A DNA stretch of 64,000 nt from Candidatus Latescibacterota bacterium (GCA_965248355.1 OZ252098.1:1536001-1600000); one strand, 5' to 3'. Shown: positions 28,267 through 38,564, counted from the first letter of the stretch. Numbers and translations: made by a program. The notes: generated by a model not told the origin, from the sequence alone.

Positions 28267-29348
28267 CGGAGTCCGGCGTCCTGGCCGACCGGGTCCGCGC
28301 CGCCCGCCAGGCCCTCGACGCCCACGTGCGCGAGATCGTGGCCTGGCACTTCGACCCGGCCACGGGCTGCCCCTTCTGGCTCGAGCGCGCCGCCGCCCTC
28401 GGCTTCGACCCCCGCGACCGCATCGGCGGCTACGCCGACCTCGAGGTCCTCGGCCTCTTCCGGGACGAGTGGCTGCGCGGCGGCCCCGTGCGCCGCTGGG
28501 TGCCCCGGGCCTACGCCGGCGAGCCGGTCTTCGTCTTCGAGACCGGCGGCTCCACCGGGGTGCCCAAGAGCCGCGTCAACATCCGCGACTTCCAGATCGA
28601 CTACGCCGCGTTCTCGGAGAGCCTGCCCGAGGAGGGGTTCCCCCGGGGCGGCGACTGGCTGATGCTGGGGCCCTCGGGGCCGCGCCGCCTGCGCCTGGCC
28701 GTGGAGCACCTGGCCCAGCTGCGCGGCGGCCTCTGCTTCCTCGTCGACCTCGACCCGCGCTGGGTGAACGTCCTCATCCGCCGGCAGGCCCACCAGGAGC
28801 TGGCCGCGTACAAAGCCCACGTCGTCGACCAGGCCCTGAAGATCCTGCGCGCCCACGACACCATCCGCTGCCTGTTCACCACGCCGCGCCTGCTGGAGGC
28901 CCTGTGCGAGAGGATCGACCCGGTGCGCATGGGCATCCGCGGCGTGTTCTGCGGTGGCACCGAGATGGACGCCCAGTTCCACCGCTTCGCCCGCGAGGAG
29001 CTGGTGCCGGGGGCGGCCTTCGTGCCCACCTACGGCAACACCCTCATGGGTCTGGCCCTGTGCAAGCCCTTCGACCCGGCCGACGAGTACGCCATCACCT
29101 ACTACGCGCCGCAGCCGCGGGCCGTCATCGACCTCGTCGACCCCGCCGACCCGGGGCGCCCCGTCGACTACGGGGAGACCGGCCGCGTGCTGCTGACGAC
29201 CCTGACCCGCGAGTTCTTCATGCCCCGCCTCCTGGAGCGCGACGAGGGCGAGCGGGCCGGGCCGACCGAGGCCTGTCCCTGGGACGGGGTGCGCGACCTG
29301 CGCCTGCTGGCCTCCCTGCAGGAGAGCGTCACCGTGGGGGTCTACTGA
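28263..29348 (+). CDS. EhpF/LuxE-like acyl-adenylate-forming enzyme
   Basis: GTGA overlap; WHFDPATGCPFW, P-loop FETGGSTGVPK, FTTP, GGT and YGNT match the EhpF/EsmD2-type short ANL ligases. Confidence 0.75.
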   Translation: MTESGVLADRVRAARQALDAHVREIVAWHFDPATGCPFWLERAAALGFDPRDRIGGYADLEVLGLFRDEWLRGGPVRRWVPRAYAGEPVFVFETGGSTGVPKSRVNIRDFQIDYAAFSESLPEEGFPRGGDWLMLGPSGPRRLRLAVEHLAQLRGGLCFLVDLDPRWVNVLIRRQAHQELAAYKAHVVDQALKILRAHDTIRCLFTTPRLLEALCERIDPVRMGIRGVFCGGTEMDAQFHRFAREELVPGAAFVPTYGNTLMGLALCKPFDPADEYAITYYAPQPRAVIDLVDPADPGRPVDYGETGRVLLTTLTREFFMPRLLERDEGERAGPTEACPWDGVRDLRLLASLQESVTVGVY

Positions 29349-29353
29349 GCCCG

Positions 29354-30793
29354 GTGGCGGGCCTGCCGCACGTCCCCGTCCTGCGCGCCGGCCGGGAGTA
29401 TGCCAGCCGCCGGCGGCGGCGCCTGACCGACGTGCGCACCGGCGATCCCGTGGCCGAGGTGAGCCAGGCCAACGGGGGCCTCATCGCCCGCGACCTGGCC
29501 GGGGCGGCTGCCAACCGCGCGGCACTCGAACGGATGCCGGCCGGAGAGCTGGCGGCCCTGTGCGCCGAAGCCTCCCGCCGCTTCCGCCGCGAGCGGCTGC
29601 CCCTGGACGAGGAGACAGGCCAGTCCTTCGAGGACTACCTGTCGCAACTGGCGGCCACGGCGGGCCTGCCCCCGAGCCTGGGGCGGCGCAACGCCGACAA
29701 GATCTGCGGGGTCCTGGAGTCCATGAACCAGGTGCTCGACGGCCTGACCCGGGGCCTGGACCTGGCCGTGGTCGACGCCGGCTGGGGAGAGGAGAAGGGC
29801 CGCACGATCAGCTACCGGCGCCAGACCGACGTCCTGGGCGCCGTGCTGCCCAACAACTCTCCGGGGGTGCACACCCTGTGGCTGCCCGCGGTTCCCCTGA
29901 AGATCCCCCTGGCCCTGCGCCCCGGCTCCCGGGAGCCGTGGACGCCGCTGCGCCTGGCCCGCGCCTTCATGGCCTCCGGCTGCCCGCCCGAGGCCTTCGG
30001 CTTCTACCCCTGCGGCCACGACGGCGCCGCCGAGATCCTGATGCGCTGCGGCCGCTCCCTGCTCTTCGGCGGCGACGACACCGTCGGCCCCTGGCGCGGC
30101 GATCCCCGCGTCGAGATCCACGGCGCCGGGCGCAGCAAGGTCCTGGTGGGCCCGGACGTGACCGACTGGCGCCCCCACCTCGACTTGGTGACAGCCTCCG
30201 TGGCCGACAACGGGGGCCGCTCCTGCCTCAACGCCTCCGGCGTGTGGACCACGGGCGAGGGCCTCGACCTCGCCCAGGCCCTCGCCGAGCGCCTGGCGCG
30301 CATCGAGCCGAGACCGCTTGACGACCCCGAGGCCGCCCTGGCCGCCTTCCCCGAGCCCGGGACGGCGCGAGCCGTCTCCGCCCACATCGATCGGCTCCTG
30401 GCCGGCGGCGGGGCCCGCGACCTGACGGCCGAGATCTCCTGCGGCGAGCGCCTGGTCGAGGTCGACGGCTGCACCTTCCTGCGGCCCACGGTCGTGCTCT
30501 GCGAGGACCCGTCCCACCCCCTGGCCAACACGGAATACCTCTTCCCCTTCGCCGCCGTCGTGGAGACCTCCGCGGAGACCATGCTCGAGGCCATCGGCCC
30601 CACCCTCGTGGCCACCGCCCTGACCGAGGACACCGGCCTGCAGGGCCGGCTCATGGACCACCCCGGCATCGACCGGCTGAACCTCGGGCCGGTGCCGACG
30701 ACGGCGATCTCCTGGGACCAGCCCCACGAGGGCAACCTCTTCGAGCACCTCTACCGACGCCGGTCCCTGGGGCGCGCCCGGCGCCGCGCCTGA
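29354..30793 (+). CDS. Aldehyde dehydrogenase superfamily (LuxC/EhpG-like acyl reductase)
   Basis: GTG 29354; LPNNSPG, FGG, HGAGRSK, catalytic GRSCLNAS, EYLFPF. Confidence 0.85.
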   Translation: MAGLPHVPVLRAGREYASRRRRRLTDVRTGDPVAEVSQANGGLIARDLAGAAANRAALERMPAGELAALCAEASRRFRRERLPLDEETGQSFEDYLSQLAATAGLPPSLGRRNADKICGVLESMNQVLDGLTRGLDLAVVDAGWGEEKGRTISYRRQTDVLGAVLPNNSPGVHTLWLPAVPLKIPLALRPGSREPWTPLRLARAFMASGCPPEAFGFYPCGHDGAAEILMRCGRSLLFGGDDTVGPWRGDPRVEIHGAGRSKVLVGPDVTDWRPHLDLVTASVADNGGRSCLNASGVWTTGEGLDLAQALAERLARIEPRPLDDPEAALAAFPEPGTARAVSAHIDRLLAGGGARDLTAEISCGERLVEVDGCTFLRPTVVLCEDPSHPLANTEYLFPFAAVVETSAETMLEAIGPTLVATALTEDTGLQGRLMDHPGIDRLNLGPVPTTAISWDQPHEGNLFEHLYRRRSLGRARRRA

Positions 30794-30798
30794 CGGCC

Positions 30799-31953
30799 GT
30801 GCGGCCCTTCGACCACGAGGGCGGACCTCGGGTCCTCTTCGGTGCCGGCCGCCTCGGCGAGCTGGGAGCCGAGGCCGCGCGGCTCACGGGGGGTCCGGTG
30901 CTGCTGGCCTCCGACCCCGGCGTGAGGGCCGCGGGGCACACCGGGCGGGCGGCCGACTCCCTGGCCGCGGCCGGACTCGAGGTGGTGGGCTTCGACGGGG
31001 TCTGCGAGAACCCCGCCACGGGGCAGGTGGAGGCCGGGGTCGAGACCGCCCGGCGCCACGGCCCCGTGGCCGCCATCGTCGGCCTCGGCGGGGGCAGCGC
31101 CATGGACTGCGCCAAGGGGATCAACTTCCTGCTCAGCAACGGCGGCCGCATGGAGGACTACGAGGGCGATGGCCGCGCCGGCGGACCCATGCTGCCCTCC
31201 ATCGGCGTGCCGACCACGGCGGGCACCGGCAGCGAGGCCCAGCGCTTCGCCCTGATCTCGCGCGAGTCCGATCACCGGAAGATGGCCTGCGGCGACCCCG
31301 GGGCCCGCTTCCGCACCGTGATCCTCGACCCGGAGCTGCCGCTCTCGGCGCCCCCCCGGGCCGTCGCGGCGGCCGCCATCGACGCCGTGGCCCACGCCGT
31401 GGAGAGCTTCACGGTCGCCAACGCCAACGCCGCCTCGCGCCTGTACGCGCGAGAGGCCGCCCGCCTCCTCTTCGGCGCCTTTGAGGACTGGGTCGCCGAC
31501 CCGGCTGCCGGGGACGGGGCTGGCGAGATGCTCCTCGGCGCCCACTGGGCCGGGGTCTCCATCGAGCACTCCATGCTCGGAGCCGCCCACGCCTGCGCCA
31601 ACCCGCTGACCAGGGGCTACGGCATCGCCCACGGCGTCGCCGTGGGCCTCATGCTCCCCCACGTGATCCGCTTCAACGCCGCCGCCCCAGGGGAACGGTA
31701 CGCCGAGTTGCTGGAGGCCGCGGGGGCGGGACGGGACGGGAGGACGGGCGCCGGTCCGGCCGAGGCCCTGGCCGCCCGCGTGGAGGAGCTTCTGGACGCG
31801 GCCGGACTGCCGAGGCGGTTGCGGGCGCTGGGGGTGCCGGAGGACCATCTGGAGGCGCTGGCCGTCGAAGCCGCGGAGCAGCACACGGCACGGTTCAACC
31901 CGCGGCCGGTGGGGGCGGCGGAGTGCGCGGGGCTCTACGGGGCCGCCTGCTGA
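30799..31953 (+). CDS. Iron-containing alcohol dehydrogenase
   Basis: GGGSAMDCAK, PTTAGTGSE, DAVAHAVE, HACANP and HGVA metal ligands. Confidence 0.95.
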   Translation: MRPFDHEGGPRVLFGAGRLGELGAEAARLTGGPVLLASDPGVRAAGHTGRAADSLAAAGLEVVGFDGVCENPATGQVEAGVETARRHGPVAAIVGLGGGSAMDCAKGINFLLSNGGRMEDYEGDGRAGGPMLPSIGVPTTAGTGSEAQRFALISRESDHRKMACGDPGARFRTVILDPELPLSAPPRAVAAAAIDAVAHAVESFTVANANAASRLYAREAARLLFGAFEDWVADPAAGDGAGEMLLGAHWAGVSIEHSMLGAAHACANPLTRGYGIAHGVAVGLMLPHVIRFNAAAPGERYAELLEAAGAGRDGRTGAGPAEALAARVEELLDAAGLPRRLRALGVPEDHLEALAVEAAEQHTARFNPRPVGAAECAGLYGAAC

Positions 31954-32020
31954 CGATTCGCCTGCTGTTCGAAGTGACATTTTGCATCTTGTGGAAGCAC
32001 CGGTATCTTGCGCTGCACGT

Positions 32021-33448
32021 ATGATGGATCCACAGCGATACAGGCAACTCTTCCTGGACGACGACGCTGTCGAGTCCATGTCAGGACTTCGGCGCGTAAT
32101 GCATCGACCCGCCTACGCGGGCCCCGTCGTGTGGCCCGACCGCGCCAGGGGCGAGCGCGCCGTGCAGAGCAGCAGCGTGCCGCAGTGGAATCGGGAACGA
32201 GGCCTCTGGGAGTGGTGGTACAAGGGATTCACAACGCATACGGACGAGTACCTGACCCTCTACGCCACGTCCGTGGACGGCGTTCATTGGGATACGCCGG
32301 ACGTGGAATTGCACGAGTGCTTCGCTGCGGACACGGCCAACCTCTGCCACGTCATCCGCGACGATCTCGATGCGGACCCTCGGCGCCGCTACAAGGGGCT
32401 CTTCAGCGACGGCGGGCACATGGACCGCTATCCGGGCGTGTCGGCGGACGGTTTCCAGTGGGAGATTTCGCAAGGGCCGCCCATTCCCAGCCAGGACACT
32501 TCGACCCTCGTGTACGACGACATCGGCAGCCGCTACCTCGCCATCGTCAAGCACCGCACCGAGTGGGGAAGATCCGCCTTCCTGTCGACCAGTCCGGACT
32601 TCGTCGACTGGACGGATCCGGAACTGGTACTCCACACCGACGAAATCGACCAGGAGAACCGCGAACGTCGAATTCAGGCCGTCGTCGACGACCCCGCCTA
32701 CCTGTCACCACCCGTGGTCGATGGCCGACCCTACCTGGCCCAGCTCTACATGATGCCGGTCCTGCCTTACGAAGGGATCTACGTCGGCTTTCCCCTGCTC
32801 TTCAATCCCTCGGGCGCCGATGGAGCGCAGTGCAATCACACCGGCCTGAACCAGGTGGAGCTCGCCGTCTCGCGCGACGCCCGCCAATGGGAGCGGGTCG
32901 CGGACCGGGCGATCTTCCTCGGTGTCGAACCCTGGGAAGGCGGCTCCAGATTCGGCAACGCCCAGGTCGCTCTGTGCGGAGCCCCGATCGTCCGGGACGA
33001 GGAGCTCTGGATCTACTACCTGGCCTGTCGCTATCGAGGACACCGTGACCTGTTCGCGGATCTCGATCCGGCGATCTACAACGACGATTTCTTCGATCCG
33101 TCCACCGTCATCTGCCTGGCCAGGCTGCGGCGGGACGGTTTCGTATCCCTCACGCCGTCGGCCGAGGCAGGCGAAGTGGTCACCAGGCCATTCAGATGGA
33201 CACAAGGGAAGCTGTTCGTAAACGCCGCCGTGGAGTCCGGTGGTGAGATCGGGGTCGAGGTAGTCGATGCCGTCAGCCTCCGACCACTGCCGGGCCGGTC
33301 GGCCGGCGAGTGCGTGGCACCGCGCGGCGATCAGCCCGCCGGTGAGATCGGATGGAATGAGGGGAGCCATGCCCCATTGGGTGCAAGATCCATCCGCCTG
33401 CGATTCCGCCTGCGTCGTGCCCGCCTGTACTCCTTCTGGCTGTCATGA
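32021..33448 (+). CDS. Five-bladed propeller glycosidase-like hypothetical protein (GH32/GH130-like)
   Basis: RQLFLDD start; Asp-box-like SVDGVHW, SADGFQW, SPDFVDW and SRDARQW; LRRDGFVSL and LYSF C-terminus. A candidate TTGCAT-16-TATCTT promoter lies at 31982-32009. Confidence 0.7.
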   Translation: MMDPQRYRQLFLDDDAVESMSGLRRVMHRPAYAGPVVWPDRARGERAVQSSSVPQWNRERGLWEWWYKGFTTHTDEYLTLYATSVDGVHWDTPDVELHECFAADTANLCHVIRDDLDADPRRRYKGLFSDGGHMDRYPGVSADGFQWEISQGPPIPSQDTSTLVYDDIGSRYLAIVKHRTEWGRSAFLSTSPDFVDWTDPELVLHTDEIDQENRERRIQAVVDDPAYLSPPVVDGRPYLAQLYMMPVLPYEGIYVGFPLLFNPSGADGAQCNHTGLNQVELAVSRDARQWERVADRAIFLGVEPWEGGSRFGNAQVALCGAPIVRDEELWIYYLACRYRGHRDLFADLDPAIYNDDFFDPSTVICLARLRRDGFVSLTPSAEAGEVVTRPFRWTQGKLFVNAAVESGGEIGVEVVDAVSLRPLPGRSAGECVAPRGDQPAGEIGWNEGSHAPLGARSIRLRFRLRRARLYSFWLS

Positions 33449-33543
33449 TCGCGACGGCCGAATTCGCTCCGCCCGACACCAGGGCGGGTAATGTCGCCGG
33501 CTCCCACAGCCGCGGTTCCCCCGCCTCCGCCCAGGAGCTTCGG

Positions 33544-34045
33544 TCAGCTGGATGCAGGCCGCTGCAGAAGGTGCGGACAGTGTCTCTCGGCCAGACTCAG
33601 GCGCTCGTGCAGCTCGGTGAGCCACAACGACTTGACGCTGCAAAGCTGCTCGACTGTCAGGTTCCTGGCGTTGTGCACGAGCGTACTGCCCAGATTGGCG
33701 CCGGACAGATCGGCGTTCTCGAGATCCGCGTCATGGAGGAGGGCGCTGCGCAGGTCGACGTCGCTGAGGTCGGCCCGCCGCAGGTCGCCACGGGCCAACT
33801 TGGCGCCCCTGAGGTCCGCCCCGTGGAGATCGGCCCCGCACAGAATGGCTTTCTCCAGGTTCGCACTGCTCAGATCGGCGCCGCAGGTCGGCTTGGGTCA
33901 GACCGGACAGGTCCATGCCGCGAAGGGTGGCGCCACGGAGATGAGCCACGCGCAGGTCGGGCACGATGCCAGGATTGTCCCGGCGCCACTGGTTCCACGA
34001 GTGGGAGCCTTGTTTGATCAGGGCCACATGTTCCGGATCAGCCAT
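33544..34045 (-). pseudogene. Pentapeptide repeat protein, frameshifted at ~33878
   Basis: MADPEHVALIKQG..WNQWRR N-cap, then A[DN]Lxx repeats continuing in a second frame (ADLSSANLEKAIL...). Confidence 0.8.
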
Positions 34046-34074
34046 GCAATTCTCTCAAACTCTGGAGGCTCCCA

Positions 34075-35016
34075 CTGTTCAGCTTACCCGGCCACTACAT
34101 CGGCGACGCTTGGTACTTCGTCGACGCAGACCGGCAGGCCCACTGTTACTTCCTGACGGCCCCCGACAGCCTGCCTCTCGACGAGCGCTGGTGGAACTGG
34201 GACATCGGCCACGCCACCAGCCGGGATCTCGTCCACTGGGAGTACGTCGGCCTGGCGCTGACGCGGGGTGCCGGCCACGCTTGGGACAGCAAGAAGCTGG
34301 CCACCGGCTCCGTCATCGAGCGCCACGGCCGGTTCTGGATGGCCTACACCGGCATCCGCCGGGACGATCCCCACCTGGTGCAACGAGTCGGCATGGCGGT
34401 CTCCGACGACCTCACTACCTGGACCAAGGTCGAGGGCAACCCGGTGACACAGGCCGACGGAGTCATGTACGAGAAGATCGGCACCGGCGAACGGGCCATG
34501 GGGCACTGGCGGGATCCCTTCCTGCTGGATTGCGGCGATCGGGTGCTCCAGTACGTCTGCGCCCGCACGCAGAGCGATGGCCAGGGTTGCGTGGCCGTGG
34601 CCTCGTCGACGGACATGGTCCGCTGGAAGCTGGAGCAGCCTCTCGTGGTCGACGTCATGACCGAGGAGATCGAGGTTCCCCAGGTGCATCGCATCGGCGC
34701 CCGCTACTACCTCCTCTTCGCGACCTTCCTTCGCGTCATCCTGCCTGAGTTTCGCCAAGAGCACCCCACCCACGAATTCAAGAACAGCGACTTCTCGATG
34801 GTGGGCCCGTCGCCTCAAGGTCCGTTCTCAATTCACGGAACGGGGGACGTTCATCCCCAAGCGCCGAATCCATATGCCTGCCAGCTAGTGGCCTTCCGCG
34901 GCGAGTGGTTTCTTCTGGGGACGGTGGTCCGTACCGCCAGTGGAGACGGAGACGACTACATAACCGATCCCATGCCGATCGTTGCCGGCGAAACCGGAAT
35001 CCACGCACTGACCTGA
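34075..35016 (+). CDS. GH32/GH68-like five-bladed propeller glycoside hydrolase
   Basis: The frame is open from CTG 34075 (GGAGG 6 nt upstream): LFSLPGHYIGDAWY...IGHATSRDLVHW...ATGSV...WRDP...EVP, with the clan GH-J acidic triad. Confidence 0.8.
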   Translation: MFSLPGHYIGDAWYFVDADRQAHCYFLTAPDSLPLDERWWNWDIGHATSRDLVHWEYVGLALTRGAGHAWDSKKLATGSVIERHGRFWMAYTGIRRDDPHLVQRVGMAVSDDLTTWTKVEGNPVTQADGVMYEKIGTGERAMGHWRDPFLLDCGDRVLQYVCARTQSDGQGCVAVASSTDMVRWKLEQPLVVDVMTEEIEVPQVHRIGARYYLLFATFLRVILPEFRQEHPTHEFKNSDFSMVGPSPQGPFSIHGTGDVHPQAPNPYACQLVAFRGEWFLLGTVVRTASGDGDDYITDPMPIVAGETGIHALT

Positions 35017-35047
35017 CCCCTGCCTTCGTTCCAAAGATCCCTCCTCG

Positions 35048-36973
35048 TTACAACCTGTAGACCACGTTGTCCGTCATCCCGGCAAAATAGTCTACCACAA
35101 CCCAGAACCCCATGGAGAAGAACTGGCCCACCACGAGGCCGATAAAGAACGGTTTGCCTTTCCGGTAGAGAATTGATCCTCCGTATTTCAGCATCAGACC
35201 CTTGACGGACCAGGATATGAACACGCTCATCATGATCGAGTCCGTCATCCACATGGAGCTGATAGGCAGACTCAAGGGATGGATGGGAAACCCCAGATAG
35301 CGCTGCTTCAGCCACATGAGGAGTCCCATCAGACCGCCGCCGTATGCCGTCCAGAGCCAACCTCCCCAATTGGGGCCGGCCGGGTTCAACAGATTGCGCG
35401 AGGTGAAATTGAAGGGGTAGTGCACGAGGCCTCTGAAGAAACCGCTCAAATTGACCGCCCCGTAGCTGTATCCCAGGGCGACCTGCATCCAGATCGAGGA
35501 CACGACGCTTACCAGGACCGCCACCAGAATGCCCCAAAGCAGCAGGCGCCGGCTGCCGCGGATGTGTTGCTCAGCGATCTTCAGGGCGTTGGCGCAGGCG
35601 GCCATCAAGAAGATCCGCAGTTCTCCCGCCCACACGAATGTGTACCCCAATGCGGTCACACCCGGCGCCCCCAGGGCCTCCACGCCAAAGCCGGAAACCA
35701 TGAAATTGCCGGGGTTCATGGGCGCTCTGGTGATGAAGAATCCGCCCTCGGTGACCATCCGCGTGAGGCCGATGAATATCACGAACGCCACCAACAGAGT
35801 CAGGCCGGCCGACCAGGGAGCAAGGCCCGTCTGGCACAGCCACCACCACATGAATCCACTCCCCATGAGCAGGGTGAAGGCGGCCGCGCGGTACGACATG
35901 ATCTCTTCACTGTCATCCACCTGCACGTCGCCTCGAAAGGCTTTGCGAAACACGGCGCGCAAGTGGCTTCGGCCCATCCACAGCCCCCAGAGCACGAAGA
36001 CGATCATGGCCCCCATGTTCTGGTGTGCCAACACGGGTACCGTAACCCATTCCATGCTCTCATTGGTGGTGATCCCCAAGTACTGGAGGGCCCCCTCCTG
36101 CAGCTTGGCTATGAGGTTGAGCAACCAGATTCCCAGGGAGATGTCCCGGCTCAGAAAGTAGGTGAATCCGATCGTCGCAAAGCTGAGCTGAGGGGTCAGG
36201 ACAGTAGTGCGGGAGAGAAAGGGGATGGATGTGTACAGCGAGACGTCGGGTACGCTTGGATCGTATTCGTGCAGGGCGATGAGAGACCCCACGGCACAGG
36301 GAATGCTCAGGCCGATCCAGAAGGAGAGGCAACGGAACAGCGGCGGCAGCAGCTTCCCTTGCTCCCGGTCGATCATGGCCAACGATGGCTGCATCAGGGG
36401 GTACTGCAAGCGCTCCTGATTCATCCACTGCCGCCGGAGAATGACCATGACGGCGATCATCACCAGGAACAGGGCCAGCAGGAACGGGGCCCACGCGATC
36501 AGCGGGGGCAGCCACGCATCCCAGGCAATCGCCCCATGAGGGTTCCCCTCGTAAAAATCCTGGATCGCCTTCGGATCCTGTGGCACCAACCAGGGGGGGA
36601 TCTCCCTCATGAACAGGTCTCCCCACCTGTTCTCCGGCGTGGCGTAGTACTGGGCGCCGCTCAGGTACGGAATGAAGAAGGAGGTGAGCCCCATGGACGG
36701 GATGGTGGCTGCCGCCAGGGCCATGATGTAGACGAGGGTGATCTCAGAGGTGGAAAGATGCCAGGGGCGCCGCAACCACCCCATGAGCGGATTCAACACC
36801 GCCACGAGGACAAAGAGGATGAACAGGGCTATGGGAGAGGCGAAATCCTGGGCCATGCGGCTCCCGCGAATGACGTTGTCCCCGTATATCACACCCACGC
36901 CGACAAAGACACTCACCGCGGTTCCGATGAGAAATGCGCGTTTCGTGACTCTATCGGATGGCCCGATGGACAT
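35048..36973 (-). CDS. Polytopic membrane protein, DUF6785/DUF6784-like putative transporter
   Basis: 641 aa with many hydrophobic segments; RRQW...ERLQYPL, HQNMGA, R...EGG and PIHPL motifs. Confidence 0.7.
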   Translation of the reverse strand: MSIGPSDRVTKRAFLIGTAVSVFVGVGVIYGDNVIRGSRMAQDFASPIALFILFVLVAVLNPLMGWLRRPWHLSTSEITLVYIMALAAATIPSMGLTSFFIPYLSGAQYYATPENRWGDLFMREIPPWLVPQDPKAIQDFYEGNPHGAIAWDAWLPPLIAWAPFLLALFLVMIAVMVILRRQWMNQERLQYPLMQPSLAMIDREQGKLLPPLFRCLSFWIGLSIPCAVGSLIALHEYDPSVPDVSLYTSIPFLSRTTVLTPQLSFATIGFTYFLSRDISLGIWLLNLIAKLQEGALQYLGITTNESMEWVTVPVLAHQNMGAMIVFVLWGLWMGRSHLRAVFRKAFRGDVQVDDSEEIMSYRAAAFTLLMGSGFMWWWLCQTGLAPWSAGLTLLVAFVIFIGLTRMVTEGGFFITRAPMNPGNFMVSGFGVEALGAPGVTALGYTFVWAGELRIFLMAACANALKIAEQHIRGSRRLLLWGILVAVLVSVVSSIWMQVALGYSYGAVNLSGFFRGLVHYPFNFTSRNLLNPAGPNWGGWLWTAYGGGLMGLLMWLKQRYLGFPIHPLSLPISSMWMTDSIMMSVFISWSVKGLMLKYGGSILYRKGKPFFIGLVVGQFFSMGFWVVVDYFAGMTDNVVYRL

Positions 36974-37012
36974 TCTGCGACTTTGTCGAGGCAGAGGCGC
37001 GCCAGGAGAGGA

Positions 37013-38263
37013 TCAATACACGTCCTGAGCGCAGCGCGCAGCGCCGGTATCCGGAAACAGAAGGGAGAGGGCGGCCCCATGGTCCGGGTGCGCGGCGAGT
37101 CCGCCCTCCTCGAGGAGACATGGCAGGCGTCGCCCGTTGTAGATCAGGGAGCAGAGATCGCTGCCGCCGATCTCCAACCGCAGGAGTTCGCCCCTTCCGA
37201 ACTCCTGCGCATGACCATCTTCGCGAAAGCGTACTTCCACCCTGAAACCAGCCGCCTCGGCGCGCCTGTCGAGAAGAGTTCGGATGCGCTGCACGTACAG
37301 GTCGCGGTCCTGAAGGCGCACCCATATCTCCCCGTGTCCTGTCCGATGTTCGGGAGACAGAGTCTCGATCCGGGGACGCAGGGGGTGGCAGGATGGGATC
37401 GCCAGGTGAGCGGCCGGCACACCCCGGTCGCGCCAATCTCGAAGGGTGGAGCGCAGCAACCCGGCGGCGACATCCTCAGCTCCGGGCCGGCAAGCCCACT
37501 CGCTGACCGTTCCTCCGTCCAGTGTCTCGAGCACGACGACATAGGCCAGAGGCCGGTCGTGACCGGCCACGAGAACCGTCATGGGGACTGAGGTAAAGAG
37601 CTTTGGTTGCCGCTGAAGCCTGCGCTCCCAGAATGGAACCGTCCTCGACCATGAGCCGCTGACCCGGCTGTAGAGAACCTCGTAGATCTCGTTGAGGGTC
37701 TCGGCGTCCCCGGGCGTGCCCGGACGTGACTCCACGGGCGCGGGCCATTCATTGCAATAGGTGTCCGGATCGTAGGTGTCCGGATCCAGACCATCGAGAT
37801 GGAGGGTCAGGCAGGGGTTCTCGATGATTGCCTTCTTGTAGCCCAGCCGACTGTAGAAGCCGGAGCGCTCTGCCGACGTGTGCAGGTAGGAGATCGCCAA
37901 GCCATGCTGCTTCATTCGGGCGAAGGAGGCGCGCATCAAATGCGCTCCGATGCCCTGACCCCGGAACCGGACAGCCGTGCAAACCGTACCGACGAGCCCG
38001 GCCGGAACTCCTACGCCCGAGCACGACAACAGGCCGGTGCGCACTCCCATATGGCTCACCACGCGGCCATCGACCTCGGCTACCAGCAGGTGGGCCGGAT
38101 CGTACCACGGTTCCTGCTCCAGGACCTCGAGGCTCCCCGGACTTGCCCCGACCGCCTGGGGAAAGGCCGCGGCGATGATCTCCTTTGCGTCCGGATAGTC
38201 CGTTGGCACCAAACCGCGGCAGTTCACCTCACCTGCATTCACCGTGGCCCAGCGACGCATCAT
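37013..38263 (-). CDS. Eis-like tandem GNAT acetyltransferase
   Basis: VGTVCT..FRGQGIG acetyl-CoA motif, FYSRLGY and a second GNAT-like region. Start uncertain. Confidence 0.85.
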   Translation of the reverse strand: MMRRWATVNAGEVNCRGLVPTDYPDAKEIIAAAFPQAVGASPGSLEVLEQEPWYDPAHLLVAEVDGRVVSHMGVRTGLLSCSGVGVPAGLVGTVCTAVRFRGQGIGAHLMRASFARMKQHGLAISYLHTSAERSGFYSRLGYKKAIIENPCLTLHLDGLDPDTYDPDTYCNEWPAPVESRPGTPGDAETLNEIYEVLYSRVSGSWSRTVPFWERRLQRQPKLFTSVPMTVLVAGHDRPLAYVVVLETLDGGTVSEWACRPGAEDVAAGLLRSTLRDWRDRGVPAAHLAIPSCHPLRPRIETLSPEHRTGHGEIWVRLQDRDLYVQRIRTLLDRRAEAAGFRVEVRFREDGHAQEFGRGELLRLEIGGSDLCSLIYNGRRLPCLLEEGGLAAHPDHGAALSLLFPDTGAARCAQDVY

Positions 38264-38534
38264 GAGGCCCTGATCCTGGCCCGATGCCGCCACCGGTGGG
38301 CCCGAGGGCCGGATGGGCCCGTCAACCGGACTTCCGGGGTCGAATACCGAGTCGAGGGCCGGACGCCTTCCCGGCCGCCTCCCCGGACATCGGCCTTGAA
38401 ATGGGTCCGACAGCCCCGGGCGCTTTCGAGCGGAAATCAGCCGTGACTAGACGGACGTATATACAGGAGCCGCCAGGGGTGCTGTCAAGGTCATCGTCAC
38501 CGGATGCGATCGATGGAGAGGAGATCATTTCTTC

Positions 38535-38564
38535 TTGACTTCTCATTGCTTGCTGCGCTACATT
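38535..38564 (+). promoter_or_regulatory. Candidate sigma70 promoter of the envelope operon
   Basis: TTGACT-18 nt-TACATT in an AT-rich intergenic region, upstream of a strong AAGGAG RBS at 38645. Confidence 0.5.

Noticed and set aside
28263..30793. Phenazine biosynthesis cluster
   Set aside because: Only EhpF/EhpG-like tailoring homologues are present; no phzA-G core genes in the window.
31944..31967. 9-bp direct repeat as an att site or target-site duplication
   Set aside because: Both copies are at the left junction, none was found at the right junction, and there is no integrase.
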